Below, piece by piece: positions 10,401 through 19,122 of a stretch of 64,000 nt of DNA (its first letter is position 1; the number at the start of each line of letters is the position of its first letter). Both the position numbers and the translations under genes were made by a program. The notes beneath the pieces were generated by a model, which was given only the letters and a program-made list of their open reading frames with translations, had not been told where the DNA came from and did not search any database. The DNA lies in IMG/VR virus record IMGVR_UViG_3300023119_000004, one strand, 5' to 3'. The DNA is from a virus. Taxonomy: Duplodnaviria; Caudoviricetes.

Positions 10401-10919
10401 ACCGTTGCCTACACCTAAGATTCTAATTTTAGTAGAGTCAACGTTTGAATAATTTTTTAGGTTAACAATTAATTCTTCAAGAAACTGTATATCAGGATGT
10501 TTGCTTTCAACAGCAATATTCCAATCTTGGTTAATACCTGTTGGAGCAATAAGAATATGATCACCTAAATAGTTTTGCCAGTCAGCAATCATGTTACTAC
10601 CACTACCGCCATTATCGTGTAGCAGTATACAAACCGGAACAAGTTTATTGTTTAGTGCCGGAATTGACGGAATTCTAATACTAATATTATCATACACGTG
10701 ATCAGTTACAGGATCATTTGGTGTATTAATTGTAATAGTTAAATCTGTTGTGTTAGTTACTTTAGGTACAGGATCTAAACTTAATGCACCTGTGCTAGGG
10801 TTAAAACCGCCACCTGCTTGTGTGGAAGGATCGAGCGGTAAGTCAATTGTAGTTGTTACCCTTTCTTGTAGGGTCGCTAACTTATATCCTGATTTTTGTG
10901 TCCAATTTGGTGCTGGCAT
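7431..10919 (-). CDS. Baseplate-wedge-like structural protein with Ig-like repeats and an inserted alpha/beta-hydrolase (LpqP/PHB-depolymerase-like) domain
   Basis: Repeated G-x-LPPG-x-x-L...G.I.G Ig-like units; residues ~90-330 with LLHDNGGSG, IAPTG, ILGVGNGG, INGIND, GTTH. Confidence 0.7.
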   Translation of the reverse strand: MPAPNWTQKSGYKLATLQERVTTTIDLPLDPSTQAGGGFNPSTGALSLDPVPKVTNTTDLTITINTPNDPVTDHVYDNISIRIPSIPALNNKLVPVCILLHDNGGSGSNMIADWQNYLGDHILIAPTGINQDWNIAVESKHPDIQFLEELIVNLKNYSNVDSTKIRILGVGNGGALAQRALIEIDDSSVDTFVFVKTALFDPQFRTNTFYKPSSYLSTGLNDANYDTVTSPILGRRILTINGINDTTIDYNGGISSDGYNYYPAQDNTFYWAKSQGYNGNVIPDVGGIFYGAFQTYYYSYLSGQVLHYKTGTTHTIEDFEKTIVSNFLLYTQDNLQDVYLDVGSATSITLNTDVITLISGKLPDGMRLSSSQIIGTPFEVARNTEFEFVLRATNEDGIRDRTFIIEVQGPDEPVWSTNEGLLPIGTNNSFYVLDSSIIDFQLAAIDPDLPAGDTLEYYVADGDGELPPGTQLTVDGRLVGIIDPILALDKNAGQGFYDTTQFDAYAFDFGLRSANGFESYYYDTQGYDYAIATQSRKKLNRYYEFKVSVSDGDTIEKRTFQIYVVGDDFLRSDNTVMQVGTGIFTADNTYLRAPVWLTPADLGYKRANNYITIYLEVFDPQTILGELQYNLEALNDDGSPSILPPGMSIDAISGEVAGRIPYQPAITKEYKFTVNAIRYTDIGSDILAEKKKTFTVKILGEVESTIQWTTVEDLGTIQANFTSTFSVNAVTNVPNATLLYNLTEGRLPPGLSINLNGEIVGKVRQFANDGNLGLTTIDKNLFTLDGGTSTIDRKFTFTIEARDRFGFSATKKTFNIVVTDPDNITYSNLYVKPFLKETQRQIYKNFIGDSNIFLPGSIYRPNDSQFGLQKDIKMLVYAGIETRNIREYISASRKNHKRKRFKFGALRTAVAKNIGSTDTLYEVIYVDVIDPLKNIENENKLRSKISIANKDKITVDSIELETRDDVTKEGAGLAVFEIRNSIGQLIQVRALGNDLEIITRAGTVVYDANGSIQVTLRNGQELNVGQIATTSSDPFRFRPDYNTLKVDSDAVIISDPNDNTRFLSSVDNMRENISQVGITEASFLPLWMATAQGDGVQELGYVTAVPLCYCKPGTSQQILLNIQNSGFDFKQIDFEIDRYIIDATENNSNEQYIAFGNYRYNV

Positions 10920-10941
10920 TATCTATCCTCTAACTTAGTAG

Positions 10942-10949
10942 TATTTATC
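10942..10949 (-). promoter_or_regulatory. T4-late-like promoter GATAAATA
   Basis: Intergenic motif upstream of 7431..10919. Confidence 0.7.
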
Positions 10950-10963
10950 GGATATTAATGTTA

Positions 10964-11842
10964 TTAAATTGAGCGTTGTTGTTTAGTTGATGGTCCTACA
11001 ATATAAGGATATACAGGCTGTAAACTAGCATTTACTGAAAGGTGATATGCATAAGTTCCATTTGGATATTCTGGAGTTTTTGCAAATCTACCATTATATT
11101 CATCTAGTGTTCCTGTACCAACTTGATACTCAAAGTCGTTTACAAATGTTCCGGCAGTTTTTTCTGCATATAAATATCCTCGGCCTGGGGGTTCACTTGA
11201 ATAAAATTGATATGAACTAGTCATTCTAGTAACAACTGATAACGGATCATTAAAATCTGAATAACCAAATGGACCGTAAATAGGATAACCGTCAAAACAG
11301 TAACCTAATATTTTACTGTGACCATCTGCGTGTCTAAAGTAATCACCACTAAAGTTTGTACCACTATAATATGTCGGAGTAGGTGTAGCAATAGTTGTAA
11401 TCATATTGTCATCCCATGCCGCACTTGCTTCTGAACTTCCTGTTGGTAGATTTAAAAACATACCAGACATATAATGATACTGTCCATTTGATTCAGGCCA
11501 GCCACCTGCATCATCACCACCGTAGTTTGATCTAAAGTTTACTGAGTTATATTCAAAACCTGTTCCAGGAGCATCGTCTTCAGCATCAAGACCCGGCGGA
11601 ACTTGACCAATACCTGCATTAGGAGCATAAAATACTACACCGTTATTAAAAACACCAATTGGAGATAGTGATGCAATTAACTGCGGATTGCTTGTATTTT
11701 CTCCACCTCTGTAAGTAAATGAAAAACTATAGTTTTGTGCTGTTGCTGTATTAGAACTTGGTGCAAATTGGTTTTGCCCAAATGGTTTTCCAAACTTTGC
11801 TGGATTAGGTAAACCGTTTGATGTAATTGTTAATGTTGCCAT
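10964..11842 (-). CDS. YHYH-domain protein (virion-associated, tentative)
   Basis: NGVVFY, GQYHY, DGYPIYGPFG, LDEYNGRF, YAYH, PVYPY motifs. Confidence 0.8.
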   Translation of the reverse strand: MATLTITSNGLPNPAKFGKPFGQNQFAPSSNTATAQNYSFSFTYRGGENTSNPQLIASLSPIGVFNNGVVFYAPNAGIGQVPPGLDAEDDAPGTGFEYNSVNFRSNYGGDDAGGWPESNGQYHYMSGMFLNLPTGSSEASAAWDDNMITTIATPTPTYYSGTNFSGDYFRHADGHSKILGYCFDGYPIYGPFGYSDFNDPLSVVTRMTSSYQFYSSEPPGRGYLYAEKTAGTFVNDFEYQVGTGTLDEYNGRFAKTPEYPNGTYAYHLSVNASLQPVYPYIVGPSTKQQRSI

Positions 11843-11850
11843 ATCTTATC

Positions 11851-12555
11851 CTATGCTAGTAACCCCGAATCAAATGTTCTATCATCTGGTAGTAACATTT
11901 GACCAAAATCAATATCTGTTTCGTATATTAACCAGTCACTTAGTCCTCTTACGTTGTTATCTAGTGTACCAAAATCAAAACCTGCTGTGTTTGGTTCAAT
12001 ACTACGAATGTCAATTCCATATACCAAACCGTTAACATTACCAGTTAGTACACCTTGTAAATTACTTGCTGTTAATGTATTTACATTAAAAATATCGTTA
12101 CCCGCGGCATCAAGGTTTGCACTTAATTCCGGAGATGAATCTGTTGAAAGTACAGTTGCTACATCAAAAATAACATCACTGCCAGCAACTCTAGTAGTTA
12201 CTCCAGTACCACCTGCAAGTCTAACGCTATCACCGTCAGCAAGTATAACACTTCCAGCATCTGATACAACAACTAATTGCTGTAATCCACCTGTAGCATT
12301 TACAGTAATACCTTGTGGTGAACTTGTTAACGAAACGTTTGAACCTGCAACTAATTTTTTAAGTTGAATTTCAGCACCAACTTTTTGTGAGAAAAGACCT
12401 TCCCCAATGTTTCCTACGTTGGTTACTGTAGTTGATTCCGGCGCTCTAAGATCTAGGTCATCAAAGTTTTGATTTACTTTAATAAACGCTTCACGGAGAT
12501 CGTCGCCAGTTCCGTCGTTTGCAAGTGTTCCAATGTTAATTGTTTGTAAAGCCAT
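11851..12555 (-). CDS. Baseplate/tail-fibre connector-like structural protein (T4 gp9/gp10-like N-terminus)
   Basis: N-terminal QTINIG..ANDGTGDDLREAFIKVNQNF shared with 18274 and 19122 ORFs. Confidence 0.7.
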   Translation of the reverse strand: MALQTINIGTLANDGTGDDLREAFIKVNQNFDDLDLRAPESTTVTNVGNIGEGLFSQKVGAEIQLKKLVAGSNVSLTSSPQGITVNATGGLQQLVVVSDAGSVILADGDSVRLAGGTGVTTRVAGSDVIFDVATVLSTDSSPELSANLDAAGNDIFNVNTLTASNLQGVLTGNVNGLVYGIDIRSIEPNTAGFDFGTLDNNVRGLSDWLIYETDIDFGQMLLPDDRTFDSGLLA

Positions 12556-12575
12556 TATATCTACCTTCTATAGTG

Positions 12576-12583
12576 TATTTATC
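12576..12583 (-). promoter_or_regulatory. T4-late-like promoter GATAAATA
   Basis: Intergenic motif upstream of 11851..12555. Confidence 0.7.
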
Positions 12584-12584
12584 C

Positions 12585-14219
12585 TTATCCTTTAGTGAAG
12601 CCACTTGAACTTGTATACTTAATTTTATCAGGTGAATTTAAAGGAAAATATACTACCTTATTTGTACCACCATATAACCGTGGTGTAGTATTTGCGTACA
12701 CATAATCATCTGGACCACCTGTGTCATATAATTCTTCTTGGGCTATATTTTGTAACCAGTCTTTAAATTGTTGAGCAGTTGCACCTGGATTTGCCTGCAT
12801 ATACAAACAACAAATTCCTGCAATTTGAGGAGCCGCCATGCTAGTTCCACTAATTCTTGCAATATAGTGTGCATTGCTTTCCGGGTGTGGTTGTTTTGTG
12901 CTATAAGTTGATTGTGTACCTGTGGCACTTGTAATTTGTGTACCAGCGGCATTAATATCTAATCTTTCGCCACGTTCACTTGATTCTGCTAACATTTCTT
13001 CACCGCCAAAATCTGTATTATCAATGTTGCCAACCCATACAGTATCTAATGAATGTGGTGAACTAGGTCTATTATAATATATAGGGTTACCTGCTACAAT
13101 GTAGCCGGCCCATGATTCATTAAGTGTGTAATAACTGTTATAACGTGTACTACCATATTGTCCTGAAGCCTGGCCAGCACAAGGATGATATCCATTACCT
13201 GCGGCTTTAATGCAAATAACACCAGCATCAGTTAATTGTTCTTGTTCAACATCTGCTGGAAGATATTCCATAGGGTGCCTTGAACCTGTACACCCATATT
13301 GTGCAAATGTTGCCGAACTAAATGTTTGTGGTGCTATGTTTTGGTTAACTCCTCTAAACCAAATAGTTTGAATATTTGGAGGAGTAAAAAAATCTCCGTT
13401 ATTGTAGTACCAACTGTAGCCCCAACTTTGATTTACTACTGTAGGACGTTTATAACCTGTTTTAGGATCTACTGGTTTTTGTTCGTGGAATAATCTTATT
13501 AGATCGTATCTATCAGTATCTATTCTATAACCAGTTCCGCCAAAAATTCTCATGCTGTATATAGTTGCGTTCTTTGCCCAGCCATACGTTTTACCTGCGG
13601 CAATACCACAACAATGGCTACCATGTGCGCCACCTGGGTTTGAGTCGTTGGAACCTGGCGAATAAAAGTTCGCAGGCATTGATCCTGCTAATCCGGTTAG
13701 TTCATACCAATCAACTTGTTGGAATCGTGTATTACCGTCTGCATCTTCCCATTCAGGATGTCCTGTTGGGTCAACACCGTCGTCTTGAATAATTAAATCA
13801 ACGCCAGTTCCGTCCAGTGTATATGTATAGTCTGCATTATTTGTTGTTGAAGTATCGTCAACAGCGCCTAGGGATTTTTGAATATGTCTCCATAATCCCC
13901 AGTTAACACTATTTTGTGCATTGTTAGTTGATCTTTGAAAATTTCCTGTTTGTGTTGCATAAAGTTCTTGTGTTTCGTCTAGTGGTCTAGTTGATACAGA
14001 TAAAATTCTTGGGTCTGTTGAAAGTGTTTGTGCTTCTTCGTCAGTCAAATTGTAGTGTGTCATTCTGTTGTTAAATTGACGAGCATTTACTACATCAACT
14101 GATCTATCAGGTATTGCATCTGAAACAGAATCGTCCATTGAAGTATCACGTTGTAGGTCTGCATCTAACTCTGCAACGTCAACACCTTTTACAGTTACTA
14201 CAATATATTCTTTTTCCAT
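12585..14219 (-). CDS. Subtilisin-like serine protease (S8) with prodomain
   Basis: IIQDDG (Asp), HGSHCCG (His), AAGN (oxyanion Asn), GTSMAAP (Ser). Confidence 0.9.
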   Translation of the reverse strand: MEKEYIVVTVKGVDVAELDADLQRDTSMDDSVSDAIPDRSVDVVNARQFNNRMTHYNLTDEEAQTLSTDPRILSVSTRPLDETQELYATQTGNFQRSTNNAQNSVNWGLWRHIQKSLGAVDDTSTTNNADYTYTLDGTGVDLIIQDDGVDPTGHPEWEDADGNTRFQQVDWYELTGLAGSMPANFYSPGSNDSNPGGAHGSHCCGIAAGKTYGWAKNATIYSMRIFGGTGYRIDTDRYDLIRLFHEQKPVDPKTGYKRPTVVNQSWGYSWYYNNGDFFTPPNIQTIWFRGVNQNIAPQTFSSATFAQYGCTGSRHPMEYLPADVEQEQLTDAGVICIKAAGNGYHPCAGQASGQYGSTRYNSYYTLNESWAGYIVAGNPIYYNRPSSPHSLDTVWVGNIDNTDFGGEEMLAESSERGERLDINAAGTQITSATGTQSTYSTKQPHPESNAHYIARISGTSMAAPQIAGICCLYMQANPGATAQQFKDWLQNIAQEELYDTGGPDDYVYANTTPRLYGGTNKVVYFPLNSPDKIKYTSSSGFTKG

Positions 14220-14227
14220 AATTTAAA

Positions 14228-15724
14228 TTAATCCTGTCTTAATGCTCTATGTCCTGCAAAAGGAAAATAAGCAATTCTATTCACACCGTTATATAAACTT
14301 CTTGTATTTGAGAAAAACGTAGACGCATTATTTTCGTCGGTATCACCTTGGAACATTAGGCCTTTAATACTACCTTGATTATGCCACCACTGTCTTGCTT
14401 GTGCTGGCGTCCACCCTGGGTTAAGTTGCATCAACAAACAAGTCATTCCACTAATTTGTGGTGTACTCATACTTGTTCCTGTATAGTTTGCTACGGCAGT
14501 CGGACTTGAATTATATGCACTAACAATATCAGTACCAGCAACCCACACATCAACCCTTGGACCTTTGTCGCTTGATGTTGCAGTTGCTTCTTCACCGTTA
14601 TATAATCCACTATCTAGATTACCACAAACAATAGTGTTTGGACCAATGTTGCCTGCACCTCTGTTATAGTAAATAGGACTTCCTGCTGTAATGCCGCCTG
14701 TTGTAATACTTCTAGTAATATAGTTGTTGTAATCGATGTCTCCAACGGAGCATAATTTTTGTCCTTGGTTACCTGCACTTTTTACATATATTACTCCAAC
14801 CTCTTCCATTTCTTCAACTTCAACATTTAGGTTATAAAGGTTAGCGTTAAATCTATTTGAAATATCTCCAATCATTCCATATTGTGATGATTTGACTGTG
14901 CCTACACTACTGCCTCTAAACACAATATCAGTTATGCTTGTAAAGTATGCTTTGTATCCCCAACTAGCACCAACTATGGTCGGACGCTTAACACCAGTAA
15001 TTGGGTCTGGTGTTTTTGCTTTGTGAAATTCTTTAATAGCATCAAACCAAGCACTTGAACTAATAGTGTTCATATCTAAGCAATAGATATTTGCATTCTT
15101 TGCCCAACCGTAATCTTTACCTACAGCCGTACCACAACAGTGGGTAGCATGATAACTTGATCCTGATATGTTGTCATAGTCCTGTGTTAACTCAGCACCC
15201 ATGTTTGGAAGTGTGTTCCATTGGAATCTTTGTAAACGACTATTACCGTCTTTATCTTCCCATTGTTCATGATCGTATCTAAATTTAGTTTCTTGGTGTA
15301 CATAATCAACACCAGTACCATCTAAATGGTAATCATAAGTTCCGCCAATATCACTAGTTACATTTGAGCCCCATGGATTGCTTTCATTTACGTGTCTAGT
15401 AAATGCCCAATTATCTCTAGTAGTGCTTGTACCATCTCTTTGGTTGTTTAATTCTTGTTGATAGTCTGCCCATTCATCGTCCCAAGTTAATGGTTCGTTT
15501 ACACCACCTACCCTTGGATCATTCATTAATGCTTCTGCTTCAGCATCAGATAATTCTACTTCAAAAATACGTTGACTTGACGGACGAGTATTTACATTAT
15601 CAACTTGTCTATCAGGAATAATATTACTATCAACCCAACTGTCGCTAGTTGTGTCTCTGTTTAGTTCGTCCATTATTTCTGATTTATCGTATCCTTTAAC
15701 TAAAGACACTACATAATGTTTCAT
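14228..15724 (-). CDS. Second S8 subtilase paralog with Glu at the catalytic Asp position
   Basis: DGTGVDYVHQETK, HATHCCG, SAGN, GTSMSTP; colinear with 12585..14219. Confidence 0.85.
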   Translation of the reverse strand: MKHYVVSLVKGYDKSEIMDELNRDTTSDSWVDSNIIPDRQVDNVNTRPSSQRIFEVELSDAEAEALMNDPRVGGVNEPLTWDDEWADYQQELNNQRDGTSTTRDNWAFTRHVNESNPWGSNVTSDIGGTYDYHLDGTGVDYVHQETKFRYDHEQWEDKDGNSRLQRFQWNTLPNMGAELTQDYDNISGSSYHATHCCGTAVGKDYGWAKNANIYCLDMNTISSSAWFDAIKEFHKAKTPDPITGVKRPTIVGASWGYKAYFTSITDIVFRGSSVGTVKSSQYGMIGDISNRFNANLYNLNVEVEEMEEVGVIYVKSAGNQGQKLCSVGDIDYNNYITRSITTGGITAGSPIYYNRGAGNIGPNTIVCGNLDSGLYNGEEATATSSDKGPRVDVWVAGTDIVSAYNSSPTAVANYTGTSMSTPQISGMTCLLMQLNPGWTPAQARQWWHNQGSIKGLMFQGDTDENNASTFFSNTRSLYNGVNRIAYFPFAGHRALRQD

Positions 15725-15733
15725 AGTTACTCC

Positions 15734-18247
15734 TTAAACAATAGTTAAATTACCAAGCATGGCTGAGTGAAGTGTACATTGATATACTAGTGCTGTATCA
15801 CTTGGTTCATGTGGTACTTCAAATATTTGTGTTCCTGTTTGCGATCCGCTTACTCCTTCACTAAATGTACTACCACCATCTTCTGTTCTAATTGCAAATG
15901 GATGTGAAGAACCTGTTGTATTTTTAAAGATATATGTTGCACCTCTGTAAAGTGTTAGATTCGGATTATCAGTTGTGTTGCTTACACCCGGACCTTCAAG
16001 TCTATAAGCAGTTGTACCACTGTTTGTAACTGTATAATGATAAACTGGTCCGCCAACAGCAACCCAGTTAGTGCCATTGTAATATGTCATGTCACCTTCA
16101 CTAGGACCAGTAACAACAACACCGCCTGCAATCGCGGCATTAACTGTAATATTACCTTCAGCGTCACTAGTTGTTGAAACGTTGTTACCACCAATAATTT
16201 TAATGCTTTCTTTATTTTCAACAGTACGCATTGTTGAATCATCTGCGCCAATAAAGAATGAATATGGTTGAGTTACTCCTTCAAATTGGGAACCGTTCCA
16301 CCATTGAATTTCACCAACTGATGAGTTATAAATTATATCACCTTTTTGTCCTACAAGAAGGTTAACACCGTCAGTATCAAAAATACCTAATCTTAATGGT
16401 GCTCTTTGAATTACAACAGCATTCGCGGCATCTAGTATCAAGTTACTTGCACTTGTTAATGTTGGAATACCTGTGCTTGATGAAACAATCTCATCTGCTG
16501 AAATTTGTGTAGCATTAATATTTGTAACTGCAAGTGTGTTAGTGTTTGCATCAAATGTGAAGTCTGCATCACCTGCTAACGATCCGCCATCATTATATTG
16601 TACTGTTCCACTAATACCACCCGGAGTGCTTCCACCTCCTCCAGTTGATGTAATTGTAATGCTATCTGCAACATTATCAGTTGTTAGTGTAATTCCAGAA
16701 CCTGCAACAAGTGTTAGTGTATCACTAATAGAATCTGCGGAAACTGTGTTTTGTCCTGCAACAGCAAAATTAACAAACGTATTTGTGCTTGAACTTACTG
16801 AAGTCCAAGATAATGTTCCGCTACCGTCTGTTACTAAAACTTGTCCGTTAAGTCCATCACCATTTGGTAAAATAAATGTTGTATTACCACTTAGTGTTGC
16901 CGGTGCTCTAAACGCTGAGTAGTTTTGATTATCACCAGCATAATATCTTACTTCACCTGCACTTGAAAGTTTAACATTATCATTAAATGTTACTTCGTTA
17001 CTAGTACCACTTACATTTCCGTTTACAGTAATATTTGTGGTAGTAAATGTTGTTGATGTTAGTACCTGTGTTGCAAGTGTGTTTGTACTAGGATTATATG
17101 TAATACCTGCGTCAGTATGTAATGTTTGCCCACCTGCACTACCTTGTGAAACAAAAGTTATAAACTGTGAAGTTGCAGTAGCATCAAACTGTGTGCTTAC
17201 AGTTGCCGCATCTAAGTTGTTTAGTGGTCTTGGTCTCCACTCACTATTACCGCCATTCCAACTTAATACATAATTGTCTTGTGGAGCAACAGTAATAACG
17301 TTTACATCATCTAAGTCACCAAGTTCTGCAATAGAACTAGAAACTGTACCCGGTTGCCATCTTTGATTTAAGTTACTCCAGATAAGTGCTTGTCCGTTGT
17401 TTGGACTTGCCGCATCTACATCTGTTAAATCATCTAATGCACCAACAGTAATTGTAACATTACCTTGTCCATCAGTTGTAGTAGTAATACCAGTACCACC
17501 TAAGAAACTAATTGTTTCATTGCTCGAAACTGTTTTTGCTTGTCCGTCATCACCAGCAGTTGACCAACCAGCAAACGCTGAGGATTCATTTTGTAAAGGA
17601 ACCCAAGAACCGCTGTGTGCAAAATATCCTTTGCCTGTTGCGTGTACATGAGCAAACATACCGTGGTATGTACTTGCATCTGGTAAATCTGCTTCTTCTG
17701 CAAATACGTTTGAGAAATAAACTTTACCAGTTGAATTAATATCTAGTTCAGTTGTATTACCTCTGCTTAAAATACTGTTTAGTGTATCTGCTTCTGTAAC
17801 AACGTTAGTTAATTTAAAGTTTCCTGAAGCATGATCGTAGTATAAAACTTTTCCATCATCTGTTGCACTAACATTATCAACATTAGATAAACTTGATAAC
17901 GTAGTACCTTGGATCCGAGCATCAACTCTAGCAGTTGAAAAATATAAGTTTGACAAGCCTTCATTAACTTGATCAGTAGTTGTACCAGCCGCTAAAAATC
18001 CTGTGTCGTTTGCAAACGCACTTAACGCTGTTGGTACAGTAGGAATAATTGGTTTGTTAGTAAGATCGTTATAGTCACCACTAAATGGATTGTTAAACGA
18101 AACTCCGTTAATTGTTACGTCAGTTGCATTAATTGATCCAACGTTAGTAACACCAGCACCACCTAGATCTAAATTATCACCTACCGGTAGTTCTTTAATT
18201 TTATTGTCATCGAGCGTGTCGACTATAAGTGGTATTCTATTTGCCAT
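15734..18247 (-). CDS. Tail-fibre-like protein with C-terminal cupredoxin-like domain
   Basis: Gly/Thr-rich fibre repeats (LDDLTDV, DTLTLVAGSGI); C-terminal SHPF...YQCTLHSAM. Confidence 0.75.
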   Translation of the reverse strand: MANRIPLIVDTLDDNKIKELPVGDNLDLGGAGVTNVGSINATDVTINGVSFNNPFSGDYNDLTNKPIIPTVPTALSAFANDTGFLAAGTTTDQVNEGLSNLYFSTARVDARIQGTTLSSLSNVDNVSATDDGKVLYYDHASGNFKLTNVVTEADTLNSILSRGNTTELDINSTGKVYFSNVFAEEADLPDASTYHGMFAHVHATGKGYFAHSGSWVPLQNESSAFAGWSTAGDDGQAKTVSSNETISFLGGTGITTTTDGQGNVTITVGALDDLTDVDAASPNNGQALIWSNLNQRWQPGTVSSSIAELGDLDDVNVITVAPQDNYVLSWNGGNSEWRPRPLNNLDAATVSTQFDATATSQFITFVSQGSAGGQTLHTDAGITYNPSTNTLATQVLTSTTFTTTNITVNGNVSGTSNEVTFNDNVKLSSAGEVRYYAGDNQNYSAFRAPATLSGNTTFILPNGDGLNGQVLVTDGSGTLSWTSVSSSTNTFVNFAVAGQNTVSADSISDTLTLVAGSGITLTTDNVADSITITSTGGGGSTPGGISGTVQYNDGGSLAGDADFTFDANTNTLAVTNINATQISADEIVSSSTGIPTLTSASNLILDAANAVVIQRAPLRLGIFDTDGVNLLVGQKGDIIYNSSVGEIQWWNGSQFEGVTQPYSFFIGADDSTMRTVENKESIKIIGGNNVSTTSDAEGNITVNAAIAGGVVVTGPSEGDMTYYNGTNWVAVGGPVYHYTVTNSGTTAYRLEGPGVSNTTDNPNLTLYRGATYIFKNTTGSSHPFAIRTEDGGSTFSEGVSGSQTGTQIFEVPHEPSDTALVYQCTLHSAMLGNLTIV

Positions 18248-18265
18248 TATGTTTTCCTATACTCA

Positions 18266-18273
18266 TATTTATT
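18266..18273 (-). promoter_or_regulatory. T4-late-like promoter AATAAATA
   Basis: Intergenic motif upstream of 15734..18247. Confidence 0.65.
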
Positions 18274-19122
18274 TTATACTGCATTTGCAATTTCTCTCCA
18301 AGCACCATTTAAGTAAACTACCATAGTTTGAACACCATTAGTCATTGGATCCCAACCACTGCCGTCTGCTATTGCTACCATACCGTCTGCTGGTGATGTC
18401 GGAGCCGATGTTAGTACAGATAGTTTTGCTAATCCAGTTATGGAAACACCATATGATACAGTATCTAATTTAACATTATTTTGATAACGTAATTCTACAC
18501 CTTGACCAACAAGAAATCTTGCAAGTGTTCCACCACTTGTTCCATCAATAACAAAAGAATCTGGTGTTCTAACATATATAAATCCTCGTGAGTTCTGTAA
18601 TCTTGCATTTGCTCCGTCATGATAAAAATCTAAGTCACTATCCGTTCCTAAAAACAAATGATCGCTATCTTGAAATATAATGTCATTTCCATTGGTATCT
18701 AAGTTTCCACCAAGTTGTGGGGTTGTGTCTGAACTTAATTCTACAGTTGTTAAATAATCAGTCCCTGCAACCGCCTGTGAAATATTACCAGCACCGTCTG
18801 CTTTTACTAATCCGTTAATAGCACCTACAACTGGATCTGTTTCTACAACACTAATACCTGTTAGTGCTGAACCATCTATTGCAGGTAAAGCACCTGATAA
18901 GTTTGCCGCTGGAATCTTAGCATTGATAGCATCTACAAGTAGTGTACTATCTTCTGCAAAAACATTTCCGCTAACATCTGTTGCAACGTGTCCATCTTCA
19001 AGTGCTGTAAGTTTTGTATAAACTTCTGTAAAGTTAGTGTTTACTTTATTAAAGGCAACTCTAATTGGATCGCCATCACCCTTATTTGCACTTGACCCAA
19101 TGTTTATAGTTAGTTGTGCCAT
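18274..19122 (-). CDS. Structural protein with gp9/gp10-like N-terminus
   Basis: QLTINIGSSANKGDGDPIRVAFNKVNTNF; DTTPQLGGNLD motif. Confidence 0.7.
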   Translation of the reverse strand: MAQLTINIGSSANKGDGDPIRVAFNKVNTNFTEVYTKLTALEDGHVATDVSGNVFAEDSTLLVDAINAKIPAANLSGALPAIDGSALTGISVVETDPVVGAINGLVKADGAGNISQAVAGTDYLTTVELSSDTTPQLGGNLDTNGNDIIFQDSDHLFLGTDSDLDFYHDGANARLQNSRGFIYVRTPDSFVIDGTSGGTLARFLVGQGVELRYQNNVKLDTVSYGVSITGLAKLSVLTSAPTSPADGMVAIADGSGWDPMTNGVQTMVVYLNGAWREIANAV

